NCBI GenBank assembly: GCA_047967505.1
Contig: CM106538.1
DNA from: Dipteris shenzhenensis
Lineage: Eukaryota
Length of the DNA: 64,000 nucleotides
Reading direction: 5' to 3' (one strand)
The notes under the pieces are model-generated. The model made no database searches. It was not told the DNA's origin and saw only the letters and a list, made by a program, of their open reading frames with translations. A program made the translations under genes and the position numbers. The first letter of the stretch is position 1. Each line of letters begins with the position of its first letter. This document shows positions 49,658 to 62,260 of this stretch, one piece after another.

Positions 49658-50730
49658 AGTAGTGGAGCTTCTGAATGATTTGAATGTTTGTGCTCGTTCT
49701 TTTGGTTGAAGGATCAAAGTGTGAAGGACGTCCTGCAAATAAAGCCAGTTATGAAGAAAGGTTGCAAAGTCAGCCTTGGCGCAGAATTGTAGGTATGCAA
49801 GATATGCAGTCCTTCTCTATAGAATGCAACAATGCTAAGTATTGCATGCATTACTATCAATACTGATCACTCTCGTCAGTAGGTATGTAGAAAGGCTGAT
49901 GATGAATGTGAAAAAATGATACAGATTTGTGTGGAATGGGTCCTCTTGTAAGATACATGAAAATGGGTGGTAGGACAGTGCACTCTTTTTCTGAAGCTAC
50001 AAAAGTTTGGGCCAGACGGCTTTTTAACACTGCCTTTTATGCTAAACTGTTTTCCTTAAGAACAATATTAATGTGTTCAGGACTTGTAAGCATCATCCCT
50101 TGCTCAATGAGAGAGAGATAAGGGATTATGTGTTCTCTGCCCGTAAGACATACCTTGTCGGACTTTTAAGGGTACTGGTATCGGTGTATACAAACCTTGG
50201 GTCTCTGCAATCGTTTTTATAAAAACTTGAGAATTCTATGCGTTAAAAGATCTTCAAGTTCAATTTCTTTGCTATACTTCTTGCGGTTCTATGCCTTCAA
50301 GATGTCAATTGTTGCGTCACAACTTAAAGAATGCATCGTCTTTGGAAAGGGTGGTGTAAGTGGAGACTCAGCATTTTCTTATAAAAGCTAAGCATTCTAC
50401 CCCCCCGTCCCCCCCTCTCTCTCTCTCTCTCTCTCACTCTCTCTCTCTTTTCTTGTCATCCAAACTGTTCCACATTTCCTTGTAGATTAATATAAGTTGG
50501 CATTAATTTTTTAAAACATTTTTTCCCCATTCTAGAGCATGGCAAGAGACAGCTGGAGGAACAAGGAAGAAAAAGAAAGGCATACATACACAAGATGGAC
50601 ATGTAATTTTGTAATTAGAATTTGGGGGGTGGTAAATATTTGCCTACTTTTTAAAAACTAGGGGCATGATCTGGTGAATTGTGAGCTAGTGCCTTAGAAC
50701 AAATTTCAAGTAAATCTCTCCTTAATTCCA

Positions 50731-50810
50731 CGTTGGATACCTTCTATTCTATTTAGTATGTGCCCCCTTACGTTGGATACCTTCTATTCTATTTAGTATG
50801 TGCCCCCTTA
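50731..50810. repeat. Perfect tandem duplication, 2 x 40 bp
   Basis: CGTTGGATACCTTCTATTCTATTTAGTATGTGCCCCCTTA occurs twice. Confidence 0.95.
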
Positions 50811-52480
50811 CATTGAAAAATGGGAAATTCCCATTAATTAGTGGTAGAGAAGAGAAGAGGGGTGAAAAAGAAGAGGGAAAGGGCATGATTAATCTAAGGG
50901 GTTAAAGGGGGAGGGAGGATTAGAAGGGACCATTTAAATAGGAGCCCCCAAGTTGGTGAAAATTACCATTAATTTGTATAGGAGAAAGAAGAGGGGTGAA
51001 AAGGAAAGGCTCATAAGCTAAGGTATAATCAAAAAAATTAGAGATGTTTCTAGATCGAGGTCTAGAGTTCTTTTAAAACCTCCTCTCCTACCGATCTTCC
51101 CACCCTCCTACCATCTGTCTTCATCTTCAATGTGATTGGTGGTATCCTCCGAGGGCTTCCACTAAGATTGATCATGAGCTTGCCTTTGATGTCAATGCCA
51201 TTCTTACCAGGTTCACGCCGGTTTCATTCAAGGGAATGGAGCTGAGTTTGTTGTCTTCAAGGTGGCACTTCCAATCCCTGAAGGCTATAGGAACGATATT
51301 TATAGATGCAATATTGGAGGCAAAAGAGGGAGGTGCAAGCGTAAGTGGGATGAGCGGCGAGGCGGAGGAGTTGTGATGCTGGAGAACCACATGGATGCCA
51401 CTGCAAGATTGCGTGAGGAAGGGGCAATCCAAGGAGGTGCTATTGCTGCAAGACTGCGTAGTGGAAAGGTTGTTCCAAGGAGGGACTATCGTAGAGCTAC
51501 AGAGAATCGATTGCATAGAATGGTCGATGCATATAGCACGGAGGTGCTGTTTCTGCAAGATTGTGTGGTGGAAAGGTTGTTCCAAGGAGGGACTATCGCA
51601 GAGCTACAGAGAATCAGAATGGTCGATGCATATAGAACAGAGTCAAAGATGGGAGTCAGAGGCAGAGGGGGAGGGTTAGTTTAGATTAATTTACATTAAG
51701 GGGTTTTAGCTTAGGCTAATGACTTAATTAGATCATCCATTAATTTTTCCCATGAATCCAACAGAATTTTAAGTCTTGCTAATGCAATGCAAGGAGGTGC
51801 TATTGCTGCAAGACTATGTGGTGGAAAGGTTGCTCCAAGGAGGGACTACGATGGAGGGTTAGTTAAGATTAATTTACATTAAGGGGTTTTAGCTTAGGCT
51901 AATGACTTAATTAGATCATCAATTAATTTTTTCCATGAATCCTACAAATTTTTAAGTCTTGCTAATGCAATGCAAGGAGGTGCTATTGCTGCAAGACTGT
52001 GTGATGGAAAGGTTGCTCCAAGGAGGGACTATCGTCGAGCTGCAGAGAATCAATTGCATAGAATGGTCGATGCATACAAAAGGGAGTTAGAGATGGGAGT
52101 CAGAGGCAGAGGGGGAGGGGCACGGTGGAGGGTTAGTTTAGATTAATTTACATTAAGGGGTTTTAGCTTAGGCTAATGACTTAATTAGATCATCAATTAA
52201 TTTTTCCAATGAATCCTGCAAATTTTTAAGTCTTGCTAATGCAATGCAATTTTCGAATACCAAGACAATTGGAACAGAAAATGTCAAGCCTGATGCAAGA
52301 AATTTGTTGCAAATCCGATGCTAGAGCACAAAGTTATTGAATGTTGTGAATTAGTAGACCCATTATTGAATGTGCCTGGGGATACATTGAAAAATGGGGA
52401 ATTAGTGGTGGAGAAGAGAAGAGGGGTGAAAAGAAAAGGGAAAGGGCATGATCAAATGAAGGGATAAAAGGGGGAGGGAG
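50810..52480. repeat. Composite repeat of unknown TE origin with purine-rich direct repeats at both ends and three internal modules
   Basis: ACATTGAAAAATGGG..GAAGAGAAGAGGGGTGAAAA..GGGCATGAT at 50810 and 52384. The GATTAATTTACATTAAGGGGTTTTAGC module occurs at ~51684, 51867 and 52141. The TGCAAGA..GTGGAAAGGTTG module occurs four times. Confidence 0.75.
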
Positions 52481-52589
52481 GAGACCACTTAAGAAAGGGG
52501 CTTTCAAAAAAAACACATGCTAAAGGGGGAAGGGAATAGGGCTTTAAAGAAGAATAGAAGTCTAACTCGCTTACATCGAGTTAGAGACC

Positions 52590-53010
52590 CATTCCATTGG
52601 GTTTCAAGGTTGGGATCCTAGGCTCCCATTTATTTCAATACAATTTAAGACTTTATTTATAAATATCAACATGAGCTTAAGATGGTATCTTTCAATTGGA
52701 ATCTACATTTAAGAAAATGAATGCTTGAGAGCCGTCCAATAGGGTCTCAAGGTTGGGATCCTAGGCTCCCTTTCATTTCAATACAATTTAAAACTTTATT
52801 TATAAACATCAACATGAGCTTAATTAAGATGGTAACTTTCAATTGGAATCTACATTTAAAAAAATAAATGCTTGAGAGCCATCCAATAGGGTCTCAAGGT
52901 TGTAATCGTAGGCTCCCTTTCATTTCAATACAATTTAAGACTTTATTTACAAATATCAACTTGAGCTTAAGATGGTACCTTTAAATTGGAATCTACATCA
53001 AAAAATGGAA
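52590..53010. repeat. Tandem array, 3 x ~145 bp
   Basis: GGGT(T/C)TCAAGGTTG...TTTCAATACAATTTAA...ATTGGAATCTACAT occurs three times. A related sequence lies at ~42170-42210. Confidence 0.9.
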
Positions 53011-53620
53011 TGCGTGAACAAATTGTATTTTAATACATAGTTACATACACACATACCTATGTATATATTTTGCACGTAAAGATTGGCAAGGTGAGGATCA
53101 AAGAGCATGCATGGATAGAGGATATGCATGCACTTTGATGTTGAAGAGTGGGCATAATTTTGAAGGATGGATTACTTTTGATTATGATTAGATTTTTGGA
53201 TTACTTAGGATTATAATTGGCTATCTCTCTTAGTGCTAATAATCAATGGGGTTATAAAAAGTTATCCATTACCCTATACGTTAAATAAGCCATCTTTAAT
53301 AGTTGTATTCAATTTAATTTATTGCAATTGATAGTGTTAGTGGCATACTCTCTCTGCTAGAATATATGGTTGCCTTTGATTCTTCTCAAAGATTTTGTCT
53401 TATGACATTGAGCTATGTTCCTAATTATTATCTTCCACTTTGTAGTATCTCTGACTTTGCGAGTGTAGTAGTGCCTACACATATTGTTGTTATTGTTTGT
53501 TGCTCCACTACAAGATTCTATTTCAGTATAGTATTAGAGAATCAATTGGTGTATCGAGCTCTTGGCTCTTCTTTGTGGCAAGCATTGTGGATTATGTAAT
53601 AGATATCTTAGTGAAGCATG

Positions 53621-53654
<34 letters not shown>

Positions 53655-55112
53655 CAAATTTAATACTCCCATTAATATAGAACTATATAGTTAATCCCAT
53701 CATTAGGATTAAGTGATGAAAAATCCATAAAATGGATAAAATAGAGGTTAACCTTCACATAAAGAGAATCGAATGAAATCTTGTTATACCAGTAAATTAT
53801 TTCATACAACACCTGAAATGTGTCTCTCGATACCAAATATGGAATACAAAGTTAAAATGCTGAATCTTTCAAGTAATCCGAGATCTAATGTCAGGGTCAA
53901 CTTACCTACCACCATCCCAGAGAAACTAAGTGTGAGAACACAAAAGCTTCTAATGGTGGGTAGACAAGTAATGCCTGTCTACCTTGGCTTATTATTGCTC
54001 TTACCAAAGATCCAAATATCCATCTAGATTCAAGAGTTAAAAGTGACATATATGCTAAGTAATAGGTAAGCATACGTAGTCAATAATAAGAATGTACACC
54101 TTTACCATTGGGGGATCAATCACAATTTATTGCTGTCCCACTTAAATATACTTAAATTTATTTAAGTATATTGCTGTCCCACTTAAATTTATTACTCAGG
54201 TAGCATCTCTAGGTCAGAAAAAGACATACCATTAACCTACTAATAAAGTTAGACTATACTAATGACATTGTATAATTATGCTTTAACAACCTACAGTAAG
54301 AATTCCAAAGAAATCAGTAAAGGATAACTTTAATATAGAAGGAATGCATTTCCTAAGATCATAAAGAGAACACATTCCAATAGGGCAGGACTAATCAAGG
54401 TAAACAATTGGTTAATAGAAAATAATTCTTTAATTCAATTTTAAACAAAAGCATGAAGTGTGCGGGGTACGCCTCCAATTTAACAACTATAAGAAGTATA
54501 AGACATTATTTTTAGAGAAGATAAATTCCATAAATGCCTCCCCAAAAGTATCACAACAACACAAAGTAACTATAGACGTGCTTGGTAGACGTGCAAAATA
54601 GCGAGCACGTCTATAGGCGTTGCTTGAGTAGAGGAAGTACGGGCACATCTAAAAGTGCGTCTAACAACTCGTCTATTTGCGCATTTAAATAACGCATCTA
54701 TTTGCGCATTTAAGTTGAGAAAATACGGGCCCATCTAACATCGTGTTTATCAGCGCATCTATTTGCACATGTATTAACACATCTATTTGCGCGTCTAAAT
54801 TGAGAAAATATTGGCCCGTCTAACGTAGCGTTTATCAACGCGTCTATTAGCGCATGTATTAGCATGTTTATATGCACGGTTATATGCACGTTTACACTGA
54901 GAATCAGACGCTTATATAGACACAAACTAGAGAATACAGAAAGTGAGACTTTGGTATACATCATTGCTTTCCAAACATTGCCCATGATTACCAAAGCACA
55001 TAATTTTAACAAAAACATCAATGCTTTTTTGCAAGCCCACATATACAAGAATTAAGTGAGGTGAGGAGAATGAGACAATATGTAAAATAGTTTTGCCAAT
55101 ATCAATGAGGGG

Positions 55113-58100
55113 CTATGGTTCAATCTCAACCTCAATGAGATCAACCCTTGCCAAACTATCTACTTCAAAATCCAAACAAGTGTTTAGATTTACAAGTACA
55201 TTCAATCCACTACTACTTGTGTTACTCATGTGCTCATTGAAATCAGCATCACTAATGGTAGGCTCATCTTCATGGGTAATGGCCTCAATATCTGTATCTC
55301 CTATCTCATGATCATCCTCCTCTCTCGTATCACGGTCATCATCACGTCCATGGCCATGATCATCCTCCATACGCCCCATGTTAGTAAATGTACTATACAT
55401 CACTTTGAAATGTGGCATAATAGGTATGACATGCCACCATCGGGTATTATCCACCATTGGTTGATAGACAACCTAATTCAAACACAAATACAATCATGTT
55501 ATTTTTCTTGCATCAAATATTTAAAAGTGAAGATTTTTATATGTGTGCACAGTACCTGTTCACATTGTTGCAGTAGTACTAGTGTGTCCTTCTTACTTTG
55601 CGAAAACTTTGTGGAGTCAATAGTTACAAAGCCACTTACATGGCATTTGATTGTTGCATTAGGGCCTCTTTCCACCATGTCCTTAAACCACTTTACATCC
55701 AAAACATACACAAAGAAGCGTCGAAAGTCAAGCTTAATAATATCTTGGATTATGCCACAATAATCATCCATGGCTCCATTGGCTCCCTCAAAGCTAGCAA
55801 TGACGCCACAATCTTGTGTGTTTCTCTTATCATCAATCCGTTGGGTTCGAAAATGCTTGCCCTCACACCATATAGCATTGAACATAGTGCACTACACCAA
55901 GAAAAAATCAATTAAATAAGTAATCTAAATTATTGAAAGCTCTTAACTTATGCATAACATTCTATATACCAACCTTGCTCATGCATCCCCAAGCATACTC
56001 CCATTCTTCCATTGTGATATGCATCCCCTTGTCTTTCTCTGCTTTCTCCATTTCATCAAGTAGCCAATCCACATGAATATCCTTTGGAAGTGCTCTTAGA
56101 TACTGAGGGTATGGCACAAGAGATCTGTGGTGTGTACGAAAGAGGGCCCTTTCTTCTTGTCTTCTTGCCTTTGCATCCTCGTATCTTGTCACCCATCTTT
56201 TCATCACGTCACTATTAAGCACGCAAAAGAGGTTGATACTATTATGCAACTCCGTGTCTATTACTTTGTTGCGTCCTTTCCCTTGAGGCACAATAGAGGT
56301 CATCCTTAGGTCTTCATCATCTCTCCATAATCGTGGGAGAGAGCTATCCACATAGACAAGAAACTCAAAAATATATACAAGTGACTCTTGTACCAACCAA
56401 CCCTTGGCCATGCTACCTTCAGGTCTTGCATCTTATCTCATGAAGCCCTTCAAGGTCTTCATGAAGCGCTCGAGGAAGAACAACCACCGTGCATGTATAG
56501 TACCACATATAGCAATCTCATCCACCAAATGCACTATAAGATGTAGTTGGCTTGTGAGAATAGAACGTGGAAATGTCTCCTCCACTAAACAAACCGCCTC
56601 CACTGACATAACTCGAGCATTCAAGCGTGGTGGGATCTATTTCCTTTGAGCTCACATACCTAGGAATGAAAAAGTATAGCATATCAGCAATATGCATTCA
56701 AACTTGCATGGAGCATTGATACACATCATATTTGGTATCATGTAAAGTACCTCACAAGCTCACCCATCTTGTAAATACAATCTTTCACGTCCTTCGATGC
56801 ACTACGTGAAATGCTAGTAGGTAGTATGAACTGAACCTGTGAGGAGGTGGTTGATTAGTTGCTTATAATTATTCACTCACAAATTTGGAAGGAAAAAGAT
56901 TTTATGCACACAAAATACTTACTTGGAGCATCTTGTGCCAATCATGAGATTTCAAGACATATAATTGCTCTACACCTCTTTTCTTGCTCTTTGTAAAGGC
57001 TCCCTTCAAACACCTCATGCATCCAGTGGGAGTACGAATTATAGTAATAGCACACTTCACTGTTGCCATCTCTAGCTTTGATAACATCCACGGTGTATGA
57101 CGTAAAAAAACATGCCCATTTGGTCTCTCTTGTCGCCAAGCTTCATGCATCCTCCCTGTGGTACATAGATCCTCCCTTATGCCTGCGGAATCTCGTGTCC
57201 CATTCAAATGTTCCCAAATGGTAGATGCCACATTCTTGAAGATATGCATGGGATCAAGCAGGTGATTGATCTTGAGGTGGGACCAATATGGTAAACGATA
57301 AAAGATGGAGTATCTAAACAAAATAAAGTGTTAGCGGGTAATCTTTATTTCCAGCCAATATAGCACACAATAGTTACAAACCCTTACCGGCTCATGCCAA
57401 GTGGTGGAGGAGTCGTGGAACCATCCCAAATTCTCATCCAATCTCTTGCGGTGAGTGATTGTGGGAGGACTTCGTTCCAAGGGGCAACATATCTAGGATG
57501 ATCACGTGGGAGAAATCAATGGTGATTCTCATAGATGACCTTATTCAATGCATCTGCCCATGAGGCAACTAGCAAAGGACCACAAACAGGACATGCATGG
57601 TAACCCGATGTAGTGAGACCTGAATAATAGACGCAATTAAGAGTTGAAGGTGGGTTTAGGATGCCACATCCTTTGCCTATTCATAATTAGAAGTGCAATG
57701 CTTACCTAAATACTCACCATAGCCTGGGAAGTCATGCATTGTCCACATCAAGATTACTTTGCAGTTGAAGTCTCGTGATGAGGGAGGCCTACTCACATCA
57801 TGCACCTCGATACCTCTCCAAAGTATATCTAGCTCGTCAATCAAAGGCTCCAAATAAACATCAGGGTTTTTGACTTTATGTTTCCCTGGAATTAGAAGGG
57901 ACAGCATAACATGTCCTTGCTTAATAGCCATAGAGGGTGGAAGATTATAATTCACCAATATCACTGGCCATACATTGTAAGACGTGCTTTTGAGACCAAA
58001 TGGGTTCACACCGTCCATACCCAATCCAAGTCTCAAGTTCCTAGGTTCTTCCTTGAAGCTTGGCCATGTGTCTTCAATATGCTTCCACGCAGGAGAATAT

Positions 58101-59076
58101 GTTGGATGCGAGGAATTATGGGAAAATGTCGCAGAACCTTATGAGGCACGTCCAAAGTTTTGAGATCTGCTCAATATCTTGCCTCTCCACAAGTAGGACA
58201 CTCTCTTGCATCCTTATGTAGTCCACGAAACAAAACGCAATCATTGACACATGCATGGATGCACTTGTAATCTAATCCTCCAAGAGAGGTCACATGTTGC
58301 CTTGCCATATCTCTTGAGGTCGGTAATTTATTCTCCCTTAGAAGCATTTTACACAATCGCCTACACGTGAAGACCATAAATGAGGAAAAGCATTCGAGTA
58401 ATTGACCCACTAGCATAATTCACCATGTTTGCAAAATAGACTTTAAAGCTTACTTGAGTAATGCATTCAAACTTGCATTGCTCCATCCATAGATGGTTTG
58501 CAAGTTTAGTAACTCAAGGGAGGCATGTAGAACAGAGAATGTGCACCCCTCTAACAGTGGAGTCGATGCTGTAGTAAAAAGATCATCCTGCTCCATGCTA
58601 TCATCCCTCCCTTGATGAACATATAAATCCCGCACCATATCATCAAACACCTCCTCCATGGCTTCATGAGATAATGGGGGAGGGCTACTATCACCATCAC
58701 TCCATGCATCCGTAACGGCCCTCTTGAAGATCCCACCTCATATCGCCGATGCTTCAGCGCCTCACGGTGAGCATAGGGCAACATATGTGGGTGTGGCATT
58801 GCATCCTGTATCAAATTAAAACGGGATCATAACTCAAACATATGAACACCCATACGTATCTCAATCAACCTTAACTTACAAACCCTTACCCTGTTTACGG
58901 TCGCATCCCATTCTCCATACTTTGAGATGTGATTGAGTGTAATCCTGCATGCACGATACATATTTCCTCAACATCGATCACACATACATTTGATTTTTTG
59001 CTCCAACCACATTTCGCGATGGTGGATAAGAGGTATTCATCCTCACTAGAGCTACTTGTTGAAGATGAAGAAATCC
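55113..59076 (-). pseudogene. CACTA transposase (TnpD/Tnp2-type), intron-rich, disrupted
   Basis: IHACVNDCVLF..CPTCGEARY, RLGLGMDGVNPF, WPVILVNYNLPP, DVYLEPLIDEL, WTMHDFPGY, HLLDPMHIFKNV, LKSHDWH, QLHLIVHL..RWLFFLERFM, DYCGIIQDI..KWF. In-frame stops and a deletion near 58100. Confidence 0.93.
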
Positions 59077-59940
59077 TACAAACAAACAACCCAAAAAAAT
59101 TTGCTCTTCTTCAAATGTTTAATTTTAAACTCTGTGGCGCATCTAAAGGTGTGTCTAAAAGCGCGTCTGCTTGATCTATGGTACACATCTAAAAGCGCAT
59201 CTATAGACACGTCTAAAACCACGTCTACTCTATGTCTTTACACGCGCAAATAGACGCACTTTTAGACGTGCTTATAGATGCGGCTTTAAACCTGCTTTTA
59301 GCGCGCTCGCTTTGCTTTTCTTGACATTACTTATACTTCGCATGGCTTGCTTGTTTCCTTATTAGTAGATCCATAGTTTCGATGCTTAAGAGGAAGGCAC
59401 CCACACTTACTTCCGAGCTTACACTTAAGAGGAAGGCACCCACACTTACTTCTAAGCTTAAAGGAAGGAGAGGAGGGTGAACAAGGAGGAGAAGCAACTT
59501 TGAAAAAGGAGAAGAACCTTCCATACCTCTATCCAAGGTAAGTCTTTTTGTAGTTGGTATTTTTTGGAAGTTTGCTCTCTTTGGATTTGTACTTTCTCGT
59601 ATCTAAAAAATGCATGATCTGGGTATCAATGCATGATCTGAGTATCAGTGTCACGTTTGTGTGTCGGGCGCAATGTCCTTTTCTACTTTTTAGAAAAGTC
59701 TGTCTGTCGGAGCGCGTCTATAGGTGCATCCTAGAGCACGTCTAAACGCGCGTCTACAAGTGCGTCTAAATGCGCGTCTAGTCTGTTTACAGACACAGGC
59801 AGCTACGTTTATAAATGCATCGTTACACGCAAAAATAGATGCGTTGATCAGGCACATCTATAGACGTGCTCCGACAGTAATCCTTCCCCTTTGTTCTCAG
59901 CTCATCAGTAATAGATTTTTTTTCTTTTTTTCAGTTCATC

Positions 59941-61407
59941 ATGAGGCCAGGAAGCGCTTCCAACTCACCTGATCCCCGAGAGTCTATTTTTAGGGACTTA
60001 TATAATCTTTTAGGGCACCCTCCTAGTCCTACGGAGTTATACGGGTATATGACGGGTACCATAAACACCCCCCAGGAGTCGGCACTACAAACTCCAAACG
60101 GTGCACCCCACACTAGCTGAGATCACCCCAGTGGAGTCAGCACAGCCCAGCCGGCTACACAGTACAGGCCCATCTCCCATGTCGTCTCATGCCCCTTTCC
60201 CCATGTCGTCTTATGTCCCTTCTACCATTCCATCTTACGCCCTTCCCCCATGCCGTCTGGAGGTCCTTCTGTCTCGCAGAGCCGTCGACGTACTCCTGTG
60301 CAATCGAGACTCAGTTCTCCAGCTACGACTGGTCAGCGTAGTCCCGTGCAGTCTCCAACTACGAGTGGCCAGCGTATGAGCTCAACACGACATGGTAGTA
60401 GGCGTAGTAGCAAGGAGAGCAGTGGGGGATGCATGGCATAGTGCTTTGGGAGGGGTGGCGGTGGGGACGATGATGATTCAAATGATTTAGACGTGCCTTC
60501 GGGTGATGGTACGATATTCTATGACATCACTCAGACAGGAGGCATCTTAATGGATGCACGGGGGAAGGACATCATGGCCTTCATGCACTCTATAATTGCT
60601 AACAATTACAGAGATTGCTTTATCCACTTCAAAGACCAGCCAAAGAGGTTGGCTAATGAGACCCTCGCTGCTCTTCGCTCTAGGTATCCTAACCCCCCCA
60701 ATCGCCAGTTCACAGATAAATGGGCCAAAAGTCAAAGATTGTTACGATACTTGGTAATAAAAGATCTTCGCTTAAGAGGCAGGCATTAGTGAAGCTTGCC
60801 AGGATCGAGGGAGGTCAACCACCAAGGGGCCCACCCCACATCGCTCACAAGCGTGAGTGGAAGAAAGCAATGAAGTCAGCGAGGGAGGACCCCAGTCTGC
60901 AGCACGTGGAGGCACGAAGGATCCAAATGGAGGAATATGGAAGCGTGCATTTTGGAGCAGAGGGTGTTGAATCATTGGAGGCCCAATCTGTAGGTATCGA
61001 TCTCAAATTATATTGCTTATGTAGTTTATTAGGAGGTTGTTTCTTTGTACTAATCCCTCTGCAAATTGTGTCGTCTTGCAGCTTGAGATCGTAGGCAGAT
61101 ACCCTACTCCTGTGGAGATAGCCTACCACCGCCACCATCGCAGAGGAGATACATGGAGGCACTTCTATGATGACGGGTTGATTACTGAGGAGCAGTATAT
61201 CCGGGCTACTAGAGCGGCCCTCGAGGTATTTGAAAGTAATTAAATCATGCCAATATTATAAGTAAAGATTTGATTTTTCATACATTGACATATGTTATCC
61301 CTTGTTTACAGGCCCGTGCACAAGACGACGAGGAAGACGAGGAAGGAGGCACAGAAGGGAGCGCAGAAGGAAGCATGGAAGGGAGCCTAGAAGGAAGCGA
61401 GGATTAG
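59941..61407 (+). pseudogene. TnpA/Ptta-like second CACTA gene, divergent from the transposase
   Basis: Ser/Pro-rich N-terminus, helical core, HFGAEG...|LEIVGRYPTPVE motif across a GT-AG intron (60990-61081), and an acidic last exon. Two stops and one frameshift. Confidence 0.7.
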
Positions 61408-62148
61408 TCGTAGAAGTAGTGCTAGCTACTCTTTTTTGTACTTAAAGCCACTAGCTTGGCTTCGTGCCTGTTATATATACACTCCTCTTATTTTTTGTAC
61501 TTGAAGCCACATGACGTGGCTTAGCTTCCTTATTTTTTGTACTTGAAGCCACATGATGTGGCTTAGCTTCATGCTATATGTACGTACAAGCACTTTTTGA
61601 GCTTTCAATTTTATTGCATTTTGGACTTGTAATGTTTTATTTGGAATTGTAATTAAAATGCGGTTGGCTGTAAGAATTGAATTAGCCAATGTGGAAATGG
61701 GATTCTTGTAACTATATAGCATACACAACATACACAGCATTCTGTAAATTTAAAAAAAAATATTATAAAGCGCGTCTATCAATGCATTTATAAATGCGTC
61801 TGTCTATTGACAAGCGTCTATTTTTGCATCTACAAATGCGTTTATATAAGCATCTATTTTGGCATTTATATGCGCATCTATACGCGCGTGTGTGTCCTAT
61901 ATAGATGCGCTATTAGACGCAGGTCTCCAGATGTGCAAATAGACGTGTCCGTAATTTTTTTATTTAGTTCAGCAAATGTGTTTGTGTGCGCATCTATGGA
62001 TGCTTTGTCTTGTTGTGTATGTTTTCATGTGCCATGTGTGTCAAAGACCATTAAACATTTATTTAAAGAAATATAACCATCCATTGGTAGCACATAGATG
62101 ACAAAAGCTTAAGGGATAAGTTCATATAGTTAAAGAATCCATACAAAC

Positions 62149-62260
62149 ATAGACCTAGAGAACATTAATTAGAAGCAAGAACACCATAGAAAAATGACAA
62201 TTTCATAGACCTAGAGAACATTAATTAGAAGCAAGAACATCATAGAAAATTGATAATTTT
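62149..62260. repeat. Tandem duplication, 2 x 56 bp
   Basis: ATAGACCTAGAGAACATTAATTAGAAGCAAGAACA(C/T)CATAGAAAA occurs twice. Confidence 0.9.

Larger units (their letters stand above)
54552..62017. mobile_element. Full-length CACTA/EnSpm-superfamily DNA transposon with CACAA termini
   Basis: Left end CACAACAACACAAAGTAACTATAGACGTGC and right end GCGCATCTATGGATGCTTTGTCTTGTTGTG are inverted at 24/30 positions. TAT at 54549-54551 and 62018-62020 forms a 3-bp TSD. TAGACGC/GCGTCTA subterminal arrays lie at both ends. Confidence 0.92.

Noticed and set aside
51262-51684. 140-aa Arg/Gly-rich ORF
   Set aside because: It is built largely from the local tandem modules and has no domain signature.
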